64,000 bases of DNA from a virus. Its lineage: Duplodnaviria; Caudoviricetes. The DNA is taken from IMG/VR virus record IMGVR_UViG_3300027963_003275, positions 1 through 64,000 of that record; one strand, written 5' to 3'. The notes under the pieces were generated by a model, which saw nothing but the letters and a program-made list of their open reading frames with translations, was not told where the DNA came from and did not search any database. Of the stretch, positions 28,811 to 39,747 are shown one piece after another; the stretch's first letter is position 1, and each line of letters opens with the position of its first letter. The position numbers were made by a program, and so were the translations under genes.

Positions 28811-29463
28811 AAGTTGCATTGTGTCTTAGTGGTCAAATAAGAAGTCATGAATTAGTTAAAGGTAGTATAAAAAAACATTTGCTTGATTTGTATAATTGTG
28901 ATGTTTTTTGCCATTTCTGGCATAAGTATGATAATGAAAAATATAAAAATTTTTATAATCCTCAGTGTGCAAGTGATTATGGAATTTTTGATGATAAAAA
29001 AATAAAAGATGTTATTGATTTTTATAAACCAAAATCATTAAAATATAGTTTTCCTTTTTTTGATCAGAATACCAAGAGTATGTTATATTCAATCTGTGAA
29101 TCAAATAAGTTAAAATCTGAATATGAAAAACACAATAATGTAAAATATGATTTGGTTATAAAATGTAGATATGATATGATGTTTAAAGGTGATTTAAACA
29201 TACCAAAAATTCAAGAAAATTTAATATATTTGCTTAATAGACCTGGTGGTTGTGGTGGATATGGGGATTGGGTTGTATATGGAAATACAAAGATAATGGA
29301 TATTTATATGAATGCATATGAAATTTATAAAAATACTGAAAGAATTTTGCAACCATGTCCAGAAGGAATTTATTATGAATATCTGAATAATATGGGGGTT
29401 GCGGTTAATTACATAGATAGAGTTTTTTCTGTAGTTAGGGAAGATGGACTTGAAGTTATATGA
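28807..29463 (+). CDS. Putative glycosyltransferase-like protein
   Basis: MKVALCLSGQIR, DVFCH.W, YDLVIKCRYD. Confidence 0.55.
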   Translation: MKVALCLSGQIRSHELVKGSIKKHLLDLYNCDVFCHFWHKYDNEKYKNFYNPQCASDYGIFDDKKIKDVIDFYKPKSLKYSFPFFDQNTKSMLYSICESNKLKSEYEKHNNVKYDLVIKCRYDMMFKGDLNIPKIQENLIYLLNRPGGCGGYGDWVVYGNTKIMDIYMNAYEIYKNTERILQPCPEGIYYEYLNNMGVAVNYIDRVFSVVREDGLEVI

Positions 29464-30221
29464 AATATGCTATTTGTTATAGAGGAATAAGTTATAAAGA
29501 AAATTATTTTAATGAACCAGGACTTAATTCTTACAATGTAGATTTTTGTGAATGTCTTCCTTCTAATAAAAAATATCTTATTGATCCTTTAGTTGAAAAG
29601 AAAAATAATGTTGATGTGTTTTTTAATACATATGATTCACTTAGATTGAGTGAATATATAAATGAATTAAAACCAGTAGATATAAATTTAAAACAATTTA
29701 ATTCATCTATACAAAAATATAATTTTTCACATGTAACTCAAATTATAATTGATTCTCTTGAACAGATTAAGAAGTATCAAAATGATAATAATATTGAGTA
29801 TGATTATATAATTTTAACAAGATTCGATATTGTTTTATTGAATGATTTTTCTGAAATATATTTGCCAGAAAATGCTATTTCAGTTCCTACAAGAAATGAT
29901 GATTGTTTTATTGTAATATCAGGAAATCTTTTAAATGATGCTATTGAAATTTATAAAAATAATCAACATAAATGTATTACACATCATATGGTTTATAAAT
30001 TTTTGGAAAATGGCATAAGATACCATGCAATGTATCCAAATAAACCTGGTGATGAATGTGGATATAAAGCACCTTTTTGGAGACTTGCGAGAGTTGTGCT
30101 TACTCCAGATGGACATAATGTTAAAGAATACAATTTAGAAGATGTTTATGATAAAAATTCTAAATATTATGGATTTTTATATCCTCCACATGAAAAATAT
30201 ATTAAAGTTGCTTTAGAATAA
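29460..30221 (+). CDS. Putative glycosyltransferase-like protein (distant relative of previous gene)
   Basis: MKYAICYRG, DVFFNTY, YDYIILTRFD. Confidence 0.5.
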   Translation: MKYAICYRGISYKENYFNEPGLNSYNVDFCECLPSNKKYLIDPLVEKKNNVDVFFNTYDSLRLSEYINELKPVDINLKQFNSSIQKYNFSHVTQIIIDSLEQIKKYQNDNNIEYDYIILTRFDIVLLNDFSEIYLPENAISVPTRNDDCFIVISGNLLNDAIEIYKNNQHKCITHHMVYKFLENGIRYHAMYPNKPGDECGYKAPFWRLARVVLTPDGHNVKEYNLEDVYDKNSKYYGFLYPPHEKYIKVALE

Positions 30222-30565
30222 TGAATAATACAATAAAAAAACCTTGGGGTTCTTATATAAATCTCCTTGATGAGGATTATACAAAAGTTAAAAAAATTAT
30301 TATCAATCCAGAAGAAGCACCTAGTTATCAATATCATTTTAAAAGAAGTGAAGTTTGGATAATTGTGAAGGGTCAAGCAGAAGTTAAAATAAATGATGTT
30401 GTAATACAACATTTTGTTGGTGATGTTATTCGTATCCCAAAAGAAGCAGCACATCAAGTAAAAAATACTGGTGAAGATGAATTAATTTTTATTGAAGTTC
30501 AACTTGGTGAGTATTTTGGTGAAGATGATATTGTAAGATTGGAGGATAAGTATGGTAGAGTATAA
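30221..30565 (+). CDS. Mannose-6-phosphate isomerase type II C-terminal cupin
   Basis: KPWGSY, SYQYH..RSEVW, IEVQLGEYFGEDDIVRLED.YGR. Confidence 0.88.
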   Translation: MNNTIKKPWGSYINLLDEDYTKVKKIIINPEEAPSYQYHFKRSEVWIIVKGQAEVKINDVVIQHFVGDVIRIPKEAAHQVKNTGEDELIFIEVQLGEYFGEDDIVRLEDKYGRV

Positions 30566-32099
30566 GGTTCTATTAACAACAAGTGGACTTGGATCTAGAC
30601 TTGGAAACATAACTAAGTTTACTAACAAGAGTTTGGTGCGAGTAGGTGATAAAGCAGTGATTTCTCATATTATTGAGACATATCCTAAAGATGTTGAGTT
30701 TATTGTAACACTGGGGCATTATGGATCTCATGTGAAACAGTATCTGTCTTTAGCACACCCAGATCGTAATATTACTTTTGTTGAAGTTGGTAACTATATG
30801 GGAGAGGGTAGTAGTTTGCTCTATTCCATTTCCTTATGTGAAGAATATTTGCAGTGTCCTTTTGTCTTTCATGCTTGCGATACAATTCTTCCAAAAAATT
30901 ATATTGCTGATGTTGATTTTTCATCTAACTGGTCTGTTGGTGGAATTGGAAACAATAGTCAGTCATATAGAACTCTTAACTGTTTGAATGGAAAAATTTT
31001 ATCCATCAATGAAAAGGGTGAGCAAAACTTTGACTATGTTTATATTGGAGTTTCTGGTTTTTATGATTATGAAATTTTCTGGAACACATGTAAAAATATT
31101 CTTAAAACAGTTAATACTAATGATTTAAGTGATTGTCATGTTATTCGCAAGATGAATGATTTTTCAGTTGTATCTATTGGTGATTGGCATGATATTGGAA
31201 ATATTGACGCACTCAAAAGAACTCGTTCAAAAATGAAAGAAACAATACAAGTTCTTGATAAGGAAGATGAAAATATTTTTATCTTTGATGATTTTGTGAT
31301 TAAGTTTTTTCATAATAAAAAGATTTGTTATGATAGGGTGCTAAGAAGTGCCAGTTTAAGTGGTTTAACTCCTAAACTTTTAGATAGCACTGAAAACTTT
31401 TATAAGTATGAATATGTTGTAGCAGACTTGTTATCTGATGTTGTAAACCGTATTAAGTTTTCTGAATTGTTGCACTGGGCAAAAGAAAACCTCTGGGTTT
31501 CTAAAGAACAAGAAAACTTTTTTGATAATGCACTATCTTTTTACAAAGATAAAACTTTAATGAGAATTGAAAAGTTTTTAGATAAACATAATTTATTAGA
31601 TAAAGTGGATTATATCAATGGTATTGAAGTTCCTAAAATTAAAGATCTCATCTCGCAAATAAAATTTGAAGATATTGTAGGTAAAAGACCTACAGGATTT
31701 CATGGTGATTTTATTCTTGATAACATCTTAACTTCAGAGTCATTTACATTAATTGATTGGAGACAAGATTTTAATGGCATAATTGAGTCTGGTGATATGA
31801 ATTATGATCTTGCTAAGTTAAATCATAATTTAGTGTTAAATCATGACATGTTATATCATAATTATTTTGAGATTTATTTTTCTGAAAGTATTACTTGTGA
31901 TGTTCATGTAAAAAAATCTTTAATTGACTGTAAGAGTATTCTTAAAGAATTTTGTGAAGAGAATGATATAAACTTTAATAGTATTGAAATACTTACTTCT
32001 TTAATATGGATTAATATGTCTCCCCTACATGAGCATCCACTTGATATGTTTTTATATTATTTTGGAAAGTATAATTTGTTTCTATCGTTATCTAAATGA
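30552..32099 (+). CDS. NTP-transferase (LicC/RmlA-like) fused to APH/choline-kinase-like phosphotransferase
   Basis: SGLGSRLG...NKSLV, W.DIGN; C-terminal HGDFILDNI, LIDWR, YDLAK. Confidence 0.82.
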   Translation: MVEYKVLLTTSGLGSRLGNITKFTNKSLVRVGDKAVISHIIETYPKDVEFIVTLGHYGSHVKQYLSLAHPDRNITFVEVGNYMGEGSSLLYSISLCEEYLQCPFVFHACDTILPKNYIADVDFSSNWSVGGIGNNSQSYRTLNCLNGKILSINEKGEQNFDYVYIGVSGFYDYEIFWNTCKNILKTVNTNDLSDCHVIRKMNDFSVVSIGDWHDIGNIDALKRTRSKMKETIQVLDKEDENIFIFDDFVIKFFHNKKICYDRVLRSASLSGLTPKLLDSTENFYKYEYVVADLLSDVVNRIKFSELLHWAKENLWVSKEQENFFDNALSFYKDKTLMRIEKFLDKHNLLDKVDYINGIEVPKIKDLISQIKFEDIVGKRPTGFHGDFILDNILTSESFTLIDWRQDFNGIIESGDMNYDLAKLNHNLVLNHDMLYHNYFEIYFSESITCDVHVKKSLIDCKSILKEFCEENDINFNSIEILTSLIWINMSPLHEHPLDMFLYYFGKYNLFLSLSK

Positions 32100-33085
32100 A
32101 ATTCCCAAAATATTACATAGGACCGATGAGTAAAAATGTTGTTGACTGTGTTATTGAACACAGTCAAAAATATCCTATTGGTCTTATTCCATCAAGAAGG
32201 CAGGTGGATTATTGTGGTGGTTATGTGAATAAATGGGATACTGGAAGTTTTTCAAACTACCTCAAAAGCAAAAAAGTTTTACTATGTAGAGATCATGGTG
32301 GACCAAAACAAGGTTTAAATGAAGATGATGGTATTGAATCTTTTTTAAATGACTGTGAAAACTTACAATTAATTCACATTGATCCATTTAAAGACTCTAC
32401 TTCTGTGTATGAAGCAGCAGAAAAAACCGTATCTTACATAAAACTTTGTTTTTCAAAAAATCCAAAAGTTTTTTATGAAGTGGGAACAGAAGAAGCAATT
32501 TTTAAATATGAACCAGAACATTTGAATCGGTTTCTTTCATATTTAAAACTATATCTTACTGAGGAAGAATTTTTACAAATTAAATATGCTGTTGTTCAAT
32601 CTGGAACAAGACTTGATTTATCAACTAGAACTAATACTGGAAACTTTAATAATAACAGACTTCTTAACTTTATTGAAGTTGTAAAAGAATTTAATTTGAT
32701 GAGTAAAGAGCATAATGGAGATTACTTAATTGATTCATTTGATGTTGGGACTCGTTATGCCTCTGGACTTGATGCAATTAATATTGCACCAGAATTTGGA
32801 CAAATAGAGTCTGAGTTTTATTTGGAACAGTGTAAAGGAAGTTCTTTATTTGATGATCTATATGAAATATGCTATACTTCTGGTAAATGGAAAAAATGGA
32901 TTTTTAACTTAAATAGAGTCTCAAAAGAACAAATCATCATCACCTGTTGTCATTATGTTTTATCAGATCAACAGTTTGAAGATAAAATAAAAAAACATTT
33001 TGAAAATGCTGATAAATTAATACAGAAAAAAATTAATTCTAAATTAAAATTATTAAATGAACAAACAAAAAATTATTGCATTTGA
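32096..33085 (+). CDS. GatZ/KbaZ-like TIM-barrel aldolase/epimerase
   Basis: SRRQVD..GGY, RDHGGP, IHIDP, EVGTEE, KEHNGDY, NIAPE. Confidence 0.7.
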   Translation: MKFPKYYIGPMSKNVVDCVIEHSQKYPIGLIPSRRQVDYCGGYVNKWDTGSFSNYLKSKKVLLCRDHGGPKQGLNEDDGIESFLNDCENLQLIHIDPFKDSTSVYEAAEKTVSYIKLCFSKNPKVFYEVGTEEAIFKYEPEHLNRFLSYLKLYLTEEEFLQIKYAVVQSGTRLDLSTRTNTGNFNNNRLLNFIEVVKEFNLMSKEHNGDYLIDSFDVGTRYASGLDAINIAPEFGQIESEFYLEQCKGSSLFDDLYEICYTSGKWKKWIFNLNRVSKEQIIITCCHYVLSDQQFEDKIKKHFENADKLIQKKINSKLKLLNEQTKNYCI

Positions 33086-33431
33086 TTTGGATGACGTTCT
33101 TTGTACTCGTCATTTAAAATATGATTATCTTGGTCCAAAAAAATATCTTCATTGCGAACCAATTCAAACAAATATTAAAATTGTTAATGAGTTATACGAT
33201 AAAGGAAATGTTATTGTGATTTATACTGCCAGAGGAATGACTCAGTTTTCTGGGGATGTTTCTAGAATATATTCTGAATTATATCAAATAACTTATAATT
33301 GTTTAAAAACTTGGGGAGTACAATTTCATCAACTTGTAATGGGAAAAATAAGTTATGATGTATTAATAGATGATAAATGTTTAAATTCTAATAATATAAC
33401 TCTAGATTACATTAAAAAATTTCTTGAATAA
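33057..33431 (+). CDS. HAD phosphatase (capsule-biosynthesis type)
   Basis: FDLDDVL, YTARG, MGK, IDDK. Confidence 0.85.
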   Translation: MNKQKIIAFDLDDVLCTRHLKYDYLGPKKYLHCEPIQTNIKIVNELYDKGNVIVIYTARGMTQFSGDVSRIYSELYQITYNCLKTWGVQFHQLVMGKISYDVLIDDKCLNSNNITLDYIKKFLE

Positions 33432-33434
33432 AAA

Positions 33435-34184
33435 ATGAAAAAAATTAAAAAAATCACAATATGTCTTCACTGTGGTTGCAGTAGAGAAATTGTAAATTAC
33501 CAAATGGAACAATTAGATTCCTTGAATCTAAAGTATAAAGTGTCGTGGAATAATAGGATTGATAGAAATCCTGGAATGTATGAATCTTATTCAGAACTAA
33601 TAAATCATTCTGTTGCAACTTCCAATGATGAATGGATTATTTTAATTAATGATAGAACACATCCAACTGTTGATGAAGTTGAAAAAATGATTAGACTTCT
33701 TGAAAGTGGATATGCGTGTGTTCTTCTTTATAATGTTGGATTTATGGGATTTTCCAAAGAACTTATAAGAACCATTGGATGGTGGGATCAAAGATTTACT
33801 TATGGTGGATGGGAGGATCGTGATTGGGTGTGGAGAATCAAAAAGGCAAATCTAGCATTATATGAAAGTCAAGAAGGTACTTATGATATGAGTTGGAAGT
33901 CTCCATTGAATGTTCCTGGAGCAGTTTTATCTGGACAATTTTGGGATAAAAAATATGATACATCCAATTCACATGTTGTTTACCAAAAAATATCTGAAGA
34001 AGAATATCCAAAATGGGATATAAATTTGGGAGAATCCAACGAAGATATAAAAAATTCTTGGAAAACTTGGAATGAATCTAAACTAAATATAATGTATAAT
34101 CAGATTTATAGACCTGGATCTGGTCCTTCTGGTTCAGCAATTTTAAATAATAGAAACATTGTAGAGGTATTTAATGAACATTGA
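33435..34184 (+). CDS. GT-A fold (GT2/GT7-like) glycosyltransferase
   Basis: GWWDQRF.YGGWEDRD. Confidence 0.7.
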   Translation: MKKIKKITICLHCGCSREIVNYQMEQLDSLNLKYKVSWNNRIDRNPGMYESYSELINHSVATSNDEWIILINDRTHPTVDEVEKMIRLLESGYACVLLYNVGFMGFSKELIRTIGWWDQRFTYGGWEDRDWVWRIKKANLALYESQEGTYDMSWKSPLNVPGAVLSGQFWDKKYDTSNSHVVYQKISEEEYPKWDINLGESNEDIKNSWKTWNESKLNIMYNQIYRPGSGPSGSAILNNRNIVEVFNEH

Positions 34185-34794
34185 TCAAATAGAAATTGAT
34201 ATTCTTAACTCAAAAGAGTATCCAAAAGATGATTTTCCAATTCCATGTGGAAGAAATACTTTTTATACAGAATGTATGGAATATGTTAAGGATAGGGAAG
34301 GTTTATTTTTAGAATTTGGTGTTTTTCAGGGTGGAACTATTAATTTTATGTCTTCAATTTTAAAAGATAAAATCTTTTATGGATTTGATTCTTTTGAAGG
34401 TCTTCCTGAAGATTGGGATGGAGGGGATCATAGCATACATCCTGCTGGATGGTTTAAAACTGAAATTCCTATTGTAAATGATAATGTGAATCTTATTGCT
34501 GGATGGTACGATCAAACATTGGAAAAGTTTTTGGAAAATTATACATCTAGTATTTCCTTTATTCATCTTGATTGTGATATCTATTCTTCCCACAGTTATG
34601 TTCTTGAAAAACTTGAAAATCGCATTGAGGATGATTGTCTAATTATATTTGATGATTTTTTGAATTTCCCTAATTATAAAAATCATAGCATTAAGGTATT
34701 TTTGGAATTTTTGGAAAGAAATAAGTTCTCATATAAACCATTTGGGCATATTAGGGAAGATTATTCTAGATGTGCTTTTATTGTAAAAAAATAA
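34174..34794 (+). CDS. Class I SAM methyltransferase (TylF/MycF-like)
   Basis: LEFGVFQG, GFDSFEGLPEDW, HLDCDIYSS, IFDD. Confidence 0.85.
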   Translation: MNIDQIEIDILNSKEYPKDDFPIPCGRNTFYTECMEYVKDREGLFLEFGVFQGGTINFMSSILKDKIFYGFDSFEGLPEDWDGGDHSIHPAGWFKTEIPIVNDNVNLIAGWYDQTLEKFLENYTSSISFIHLDCDIYSSHSYVLEKLENRIEDDCLIIFDDFLNFPNYKNHSIKVFLEFLERNKFSYKPFGHIREDYSRCAFIVKK

Positions 34795-34809
34795 AGTATT
34801 AATTTAATA

Positions 34810-35775
34810 ATGAGAATTCTTTTTATAACAACTCAAAATCCAACAAAACAAGGAGATCTTTTGGAAGTATCCTTACTTCGTGGATTGAGAGAATTGTTAG
34901 GTGATGATTGTGTCGATTATCCAAGAAAAAAAATTATGTATCATGATTTTTCTGATACACCCAAAGAAACTCTTCATGGTAGAGGATTTTCTTTGCTGAC
35001 AACTCCAATATCTGAAATTAAAAATAGAGATATTTTTAATCAAAAATTTGATATAGTTCTTTATGGTGATGGACATATGTATGGAGAAGATCCATATATT
35101 GAGGGTATAAATGAATTAGCAGATGGAAATACTTGGATAATTGATGGTCATGATTTATATGGAAATGCCCCAAGAAAAATATTATATGATGGTGAAGAAA
35201 TTATAGGAACTCAATTTACTAATTGCTTTAAACGAGAATTAATTGAGGAAGATGATGATGATACAGTATTTCCTACAGGATTTGGTATTCCAGAAGAAAG
35301 AATAATGGAAATGGATTTTTCTATTAAGGATCAACTCTATCAAAAAACTGCTCCAGCATTTTCTTTATTTGAAAATATAAATGACATTGGTGGTGGATTT
35401 TCTCATCATAAATTTGAAATTGAGGAAGAGTATTACGATGATCTTTCTAGATCATGGTTTGGTCTTACTTGCAAAAAAGGTGGATGGGATTGTTTGAGGC
35501 ATTATGAAATTATTGCTGCAGGATCTTTGCTTCTTTTTAGAGATTATGATAAAAAACCAAAATTATGCTCACCACAGGAACTACCTTGCTTTTCTTACAG
35601 AACTAAAAATGAACTATATAATTTGATGTCCAAATTAGTAGTGGATAATAAACCAACACAAGAATATTTGGATATGATTGACACACAAAGACAATGGTTG
35701 TATAATGTTGGAACAACTTTAGCTCGTGCTAAAAATATGATTCAAAATTTAAAAAAATACTTAGAGATAAAATGA
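34810..35775 (+). CDS. Putative GT-B glycosyltransferase
   Basis: FKREL, SWFGLTCKKGGWDCLRHYEIIA.G. Confidence 0.6.
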   Translation: MRILFITTQNPTKQGDLLEVSLLRGLRELLGDDCVDYPRKKIMYHDFSDTPKETLHGRGFSLLTTPISEIKNRDIFNQKFDIVLYGDGHMYGEDPYIEGINELADGNTWIIDGHDLYGNAPRKILYDGEEIIGTQFTNCFKRELIEEDDDDTVFPTGFGIPEERIMEMDFSIKDQLYQKTAPAFSLFENINDIGGGFSHHKFEIEEEYYDDLSRSWFGLTCKKGGWDCLRHYEIIAAGSLLLFRDYDKKPKLCSPQELPCFSYRTKNELYNLMSKLVVDNKPTQEYLDMIDTQRQWLYNVGTTLARAKNMIQNLKKYLEIK

Positions 35776-36422
35776 GTTACTCTTTACACAATTTGGATAC
35801 ATTGATGTTGGAATATATCAATTATACTGATGGATTTTTTGTAGAAGCCGGTGCCAATGATGGACTTTCTCAATCTAATACTGCTCTGTATGAATTTGAT
35901 TACGGTTGGAACGGGTTATTAGTAGAACCAAACTTTAAAAAATATCTTGATTGTAAAAAAATTAGAAAAAATTCTATAGTTGAAAATTATGCTTTAGTTA
36001 GTTCAAATTACACACATAAAACAATAAAAGGTGATTTTGACAATCAAGATTGTCAAAATAGTCTTATGTCTATGGTAATTGATGATGGTGATTATCAAGA
36101 TGATAATCTTTTATACTACAGAAATGAAAAAGTAAAAAATAATAAGATAATAGAAGTTCCCGTAATAACGATAGATGAACTTTTGACTGTACATAAAATA
36201 TCTAAAATTGATTTTTTTTCTTTGGATGTTGAAGGATATGAAATATCAGTTTTAAATGGAATGGATTTTTCCAACATAAGACCTAAATATTTTTTAATAG
36301 AAACCGCAAATAAAGAAAACTATCAAAAAACTGTTAGGAACTATATGAAAGATAAAGATTATTGTTTTATTACAAGATTAAGTGGAAATGATGATTTATT
36401 TGTAGATAATACTATAGGATGA
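35772..36422 (+). CDS. FkbM-family methyltransferase
   Basis: FVEAGANDG..SNT, GLLVEP, SLDVEGYE. Confidence 0.88.
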   Translation: MSYSLHNLDTLMLEYINYTDGFFVEAGANDGLSQSNTALYEFDYGWNGLLVEPNFKKYLDCKKIRKNSIVENYALVSSNYTHKTIKGDFDNQDCQNSLMSMVIDDGDYQDDNLLYYRNEKVKNNKIIEVPVITIDELLTVHKISKIDFFSLDVEGYEISVLNGMDFSNIRPKYFLIETANKENYQKTVRNYMKDKDYCFITRLSGNDDLFVDNTIG

Positions 36423-36429
36423 TATCAAT

Positions 36430-37356
36430 ATGGAAAAAATATTTTTAACTGGTGGAACTGGATTTCTTGGAAAAGAAATAATAAAAAAATACTATGGTAC
36501 TCATGAAATATCTGTTTATTCTAGGGATGAAGCTAAACAGTATTATTTGAAAAAGCAATATCCTAATTTGAACTGTATTTGTGGTGATGTTAGAAATTTT
36601 GATTTATTAAAAAGAGTATCTAAAGGTCACGATATTGGAATTTTTGCTGCATCATTTAAACAAATACAAGCCTGCCATGATAACTATGAAGAGGCAAATC
36701 AAGTCATAGTTCAAGGAGCTTTTAATAGTAGAAAATGTTCGGAGGATAATGGATTTAAATCTGCTTGTTTCATTTCAAGTGATAAGAGTAGGTCTGCAAC
36801 AACAATTTATGGGGCAATGAAGTATGTTGCTGGAGAATCTTTTATTTCAAATTATGAAAAATCAAACGTAAATTTAAGCACAGTAGTTTATGGTAATGTC
36901 TTGAATAGCACTGGAAGTATTCTACCACTTATTTGGAAAAGTATTTTGGAGGGATTTAGTTTATCTCTTTATGGTGAAGATATGACTAGATTTTTTATAG
37001 AAGTTAAGGATGCTGTTGAATTAATTGAGACAGCTTTGAATTATACAGGATATAATGTTATTCCCATAATTCACAGTATTAAAATTAAAGATTTATTTGA
37101 TATTTTTAAAGAAGAATTTGGATTAAAATATTCTGTTTCAACTTTAAGAAGTTGTGAAAAGAATCATGAAATAATGGCATCTTCAGATGAACTACCTAGA
37201 ATGAAAAAGAAGAATAACGTATACTTAATGCACCAAACTGAAATTTATAATAAACTTCAGTTTCAAAATAATCAATATTCCTCACAAGATTTTGTCATTA
37301 GTCGAGAAGTATTGTATAATATTTTGAAAGCTAATAATTTTTATAAACCGTTATGA
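36430..37356 (+). CDS. CapD/PseB-like UDP-sugar 4,6-dehydratase
   Basis: TGGTGFLG, SRDEAKQ, GDVR, ISSDK, YGNVLNSTGS, MTRF. Confidence 0.85.
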   Translation: MEKIFLTGGTGFLGKEIIKKYYGTHEISVYSRDEAKQYYLKKQYPNLNCICGDVRNFDLLKRVSKGHDIGIFAASFKQIQACHDNYEEANQVIVQGAFNSRKCSEDNGFKSACFISSDKSRSATTIYGAMKYVAGESFISNYEKSNVNLSTVVYGNVLNSTGSILPLIWKSILEGFSLSLYGEDMTRFFIEVKDAVELIETALNYTGYNVIPIIHSIKIKDLFDIFKEEFGLKYSVSTLRSCEKNHEIMASSDELPRMKKKNNVYLMHQTEIYNKLQFQNNQYSSQDFVISREVLYNILKANNFYKPL

Positions 37357-38144
37357 GAATTTTTATTTTTGGCTCCAGTGGAATGTTGGGAACCTATTTG
37401 GTTAAATATTTAAAAAATAATTTCAATGTAGTTCCAATCACAAGAAATGAATTTGATTTATTATCCGATTTTAAATTATTAAAAGAAAAATATGATTTCA
37501 ATTCTTCTGATATTATTATCAATGCTGCAGGTATAATAAAACAAAGGAATTTTCATTATGAAGAATTGATTGTAGTTAATAGTTTATTTCCACATTTTTT
37601 ATCTCAGTTGAAAAATGAATATAATTGTAAAGTTATTCATATATCAACTGATTGTGTTTTTAGTGGAAAAGATGGGGGATATAATGAAGATTCACCTCAT
37701 GATTGTGTAGATGAATATGGGAAAAGTAAATCTTTAGGTGAAAATGAGAATCTAACTATTATTAGGACCTCAATTATAGGAGAAGAAATAAGAAATAAAA
37801 AATCTCTTCTTGAGTGGATTTGCTCTAAATCAAATTCAGATGTAAATGGATATATTAATCATTTTTGGAATGGAGTTACTTGTTTAGAATTGAGCAAACA
37901 GATTGAAACTATTATCATTGAACATAAATACTGGGAAGGGATTAAACATTATTATTCATATGATAATGTTAGTAAATATCAGTTGATTTCATTTATAAAT
38001 GAAATCTATAAACTGAATAATAATATAATTCCAATAATAGAAAAATATTGTGATAGGACGTTAACATCAAAATTTAGTTGCCCTGTTAAAAAAACAATAA
38101 AAGAGCAGATTGTAGAAATGAAAAATTTTACTATACATCATTAA
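37353..38144 (+). CDS. RmlD-like NDP-4-keto-sugar reductase
   Basis: GSSGMLG, HISTDCVFSG, YGKSK, RTSIIG. Confidence 0.85.
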   Translation: MRIFIFGSSGMLGTYLVKYLKNNFNVVPITRNEFDLLSDFKLLKEKYDFNSSDIIINAAGIIKQRNFHYEELIVVNSLFPHFLSQLKNEYNCKVIHISTDCVFSGKDGGYNEDSPHDCVDEYGKSKSLGENENLTIIRTSIIGEEIRNKKSLLEWICSKSNSDVNGYINHFWNGVTCLELSKQIETIIIEHKYWEGIKHYYSYDNVSKYQLISFINEIYKLNNNIIPIIEKYCDRTLTSKFSCPVKKTIKEQIVEMKNFTIHH

Positions 38145-38176
38145 TTATTAAAAAATTTACATAAATTGAGATTTAA

Positions 38177-39166
38177 ATGAAAATAGCATTCCATAGTTAT
38201 CAACTGGGCGATCGGGGAACTGAAATTTGTTTGTATAAGTATGCAAAATACAATAGAGAAATTCTAGGTAATGAATCTATTATTATTTCTACTAGTTCTA
38301 GACCTACTCCATCTTTGGATAGATTTAAAGATTTTGAAACTATTCTCTACCCAGATGTGTGGATCAATGATGGTAAAAATGATTCTCTTCGTAATACTTT
38401 AGAAAATATTTGCGAAAAAAATAATGTAGATGTTTTTTATGCTATTAAAGGTGGAGAAGATGATGGATTTATGCCAACTAATACTAAAAGATTAGCACAC
38501 TGTATTTTTAGAATGGATCAACCTCATGGAGATGTGTATTCTGGGGTGTGTAAGTATATTTCAGAGAAACATGGTGGAATACATCCATATGTTCATCACA
38601 TTTTAGAAAAGGAAGCACCAGAAGTTGAAGATGATTTTAGAGAAGAATTTGGCATTCCTAAAGATGCTTTAGTTCTTGGTAGACATGGTGGATATGATAC
38701 TTTTAATTTGTCATTTGCACATTCTTCTATTCGATCTGCTTTGGAGAAAAGAAAAGATCTTTGGTTTGTTTTTTTAAACACAAATCCTTTTATCTATCAC
38801 GAAAGGGTAATTTATTTGCCTTGGACTATGGATGAAAAATACAAAGCAAAATTCGTAAATACATGCGATGCAATGATTCATGCTAGATATGATGGTGAAA
38901 TTTTTAGTTTGTCTACTGCTGAATTTTCAATTAGAAATAAACCAGTTATAACTTGGAATCCACCAAATCCTCCAAGTCATTATGATACTGGGCATATTTA
39001 TCTTATGAAAGATGATGCTATTTACTATAATGATGAAAATGAATTACTTTTTATTTTAATAAATTTGGATAAAAATGAAATAAAAAATTTAGAATGGGGT
39101 AAATATTGTAGTGATTATACTGCAGAAAAAGTAATGAATGAATTTGAAGAGGTTTATTTAAAATGA
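38177..39166 (+). CDS. GT4-like (GT-B) glycosyltransferase
   Basis: RGTE, GRHGG..TF, DAMIHAR.DGEIFSL..AE...NKPVIT. Confidence 0.7.
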   Translation: MKIAFHSYQLGDRGTEICLYKYAKYNREILGNESIIISTSSRPTPSLDRFKDFETILYPDVWINDGKNDSLRNTLENICEKNNVDVFYAIKGGEDDGFMPTNTKRLAHCIFRMDQPHGDVYSGVCKYISEKHGGIHPYVHHILEKEAPEVEDDFREEFGIPKDALVLGRHGGYDTFNLSFAHSSIRSALEKRKDLWFVFLNTNPFIYHERVIYLPWTMDEKYKAKFVNTCDAMIHARYDGEIFSLSTAEFSIRNKPVITWNPPNPPSHYDTGHIYLMKDDAIYYNDENELLFILINLDKNEIKNLEWGKYCSDYTAEKVMNEFEEVYLK

Positions 39167-39747
39167 AAAAAGTTTTTATTGATTGTGGTTCTAATGTTGG
39201 GCAAGGATTGAGGCAATTTATTAATATGTTTAATATTAATAGTGAGTGGGAAATACATTGCTATGAACCAACACCAAATTTATATTTGGAACAAGATTTA
39301 CTTAATTTGCCAAATGTGACATTACATAAATCTGCAGTGTGGAATAAAAACGGGACAATAAAATTTTCTCTTTGTATCCCAAGTGAAAAATGGGAAGAGG
39401 CATCTCAGGGATCTTCAGTTTTGGGTTTATTGGATTTAGAAGAATGTATAGATCCAAATTCCAATCAATTTAGGTTAAATGATAATATAGTAGATGTTGA
39501 ATCAATTGATATTAATGATATATTAAAAAAATATTCTAAAGATGATTATATTATTGTAAAACTTGATATTGAAGGTTCTGAATTTGAAGTTTGTAGAAGA
39601 CTTTTGGAAGGCAATGAAATAGTTAAAATAAATGAACTTTTTGTAGAATGGCATACTAGACTGATGGATTCTGAATCTATAGAATCTGAAAATAGTATTA
39701 AAGATTCTATCAGAAGATGTGGTGTAAATTTACATGATTGGCATTGA
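39163..39747 (+). CDS. FkbM-family methyltransferase
   Basis: FIDCGSNVG, YEP, KLDIEGSE, VEWH. Confidence 0.85.
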   Translation: MKKVFIDCGSNVGQGLRQFINMFNINSEWEIHCYEPTPNLYLEQDLLNLPNVTLHKSAVWNKNGTIKFSLCIPSEKWEEASQGSSVLGLLDLEECIDPNSNQFRLNDNIVDVESIDINDILKKYSKDDYIIVKLDIEGSEFEVCRRLLEGNEIVKINELFVEWHTRLMDSESIESENSIKDSIRRCGVNLHDWH

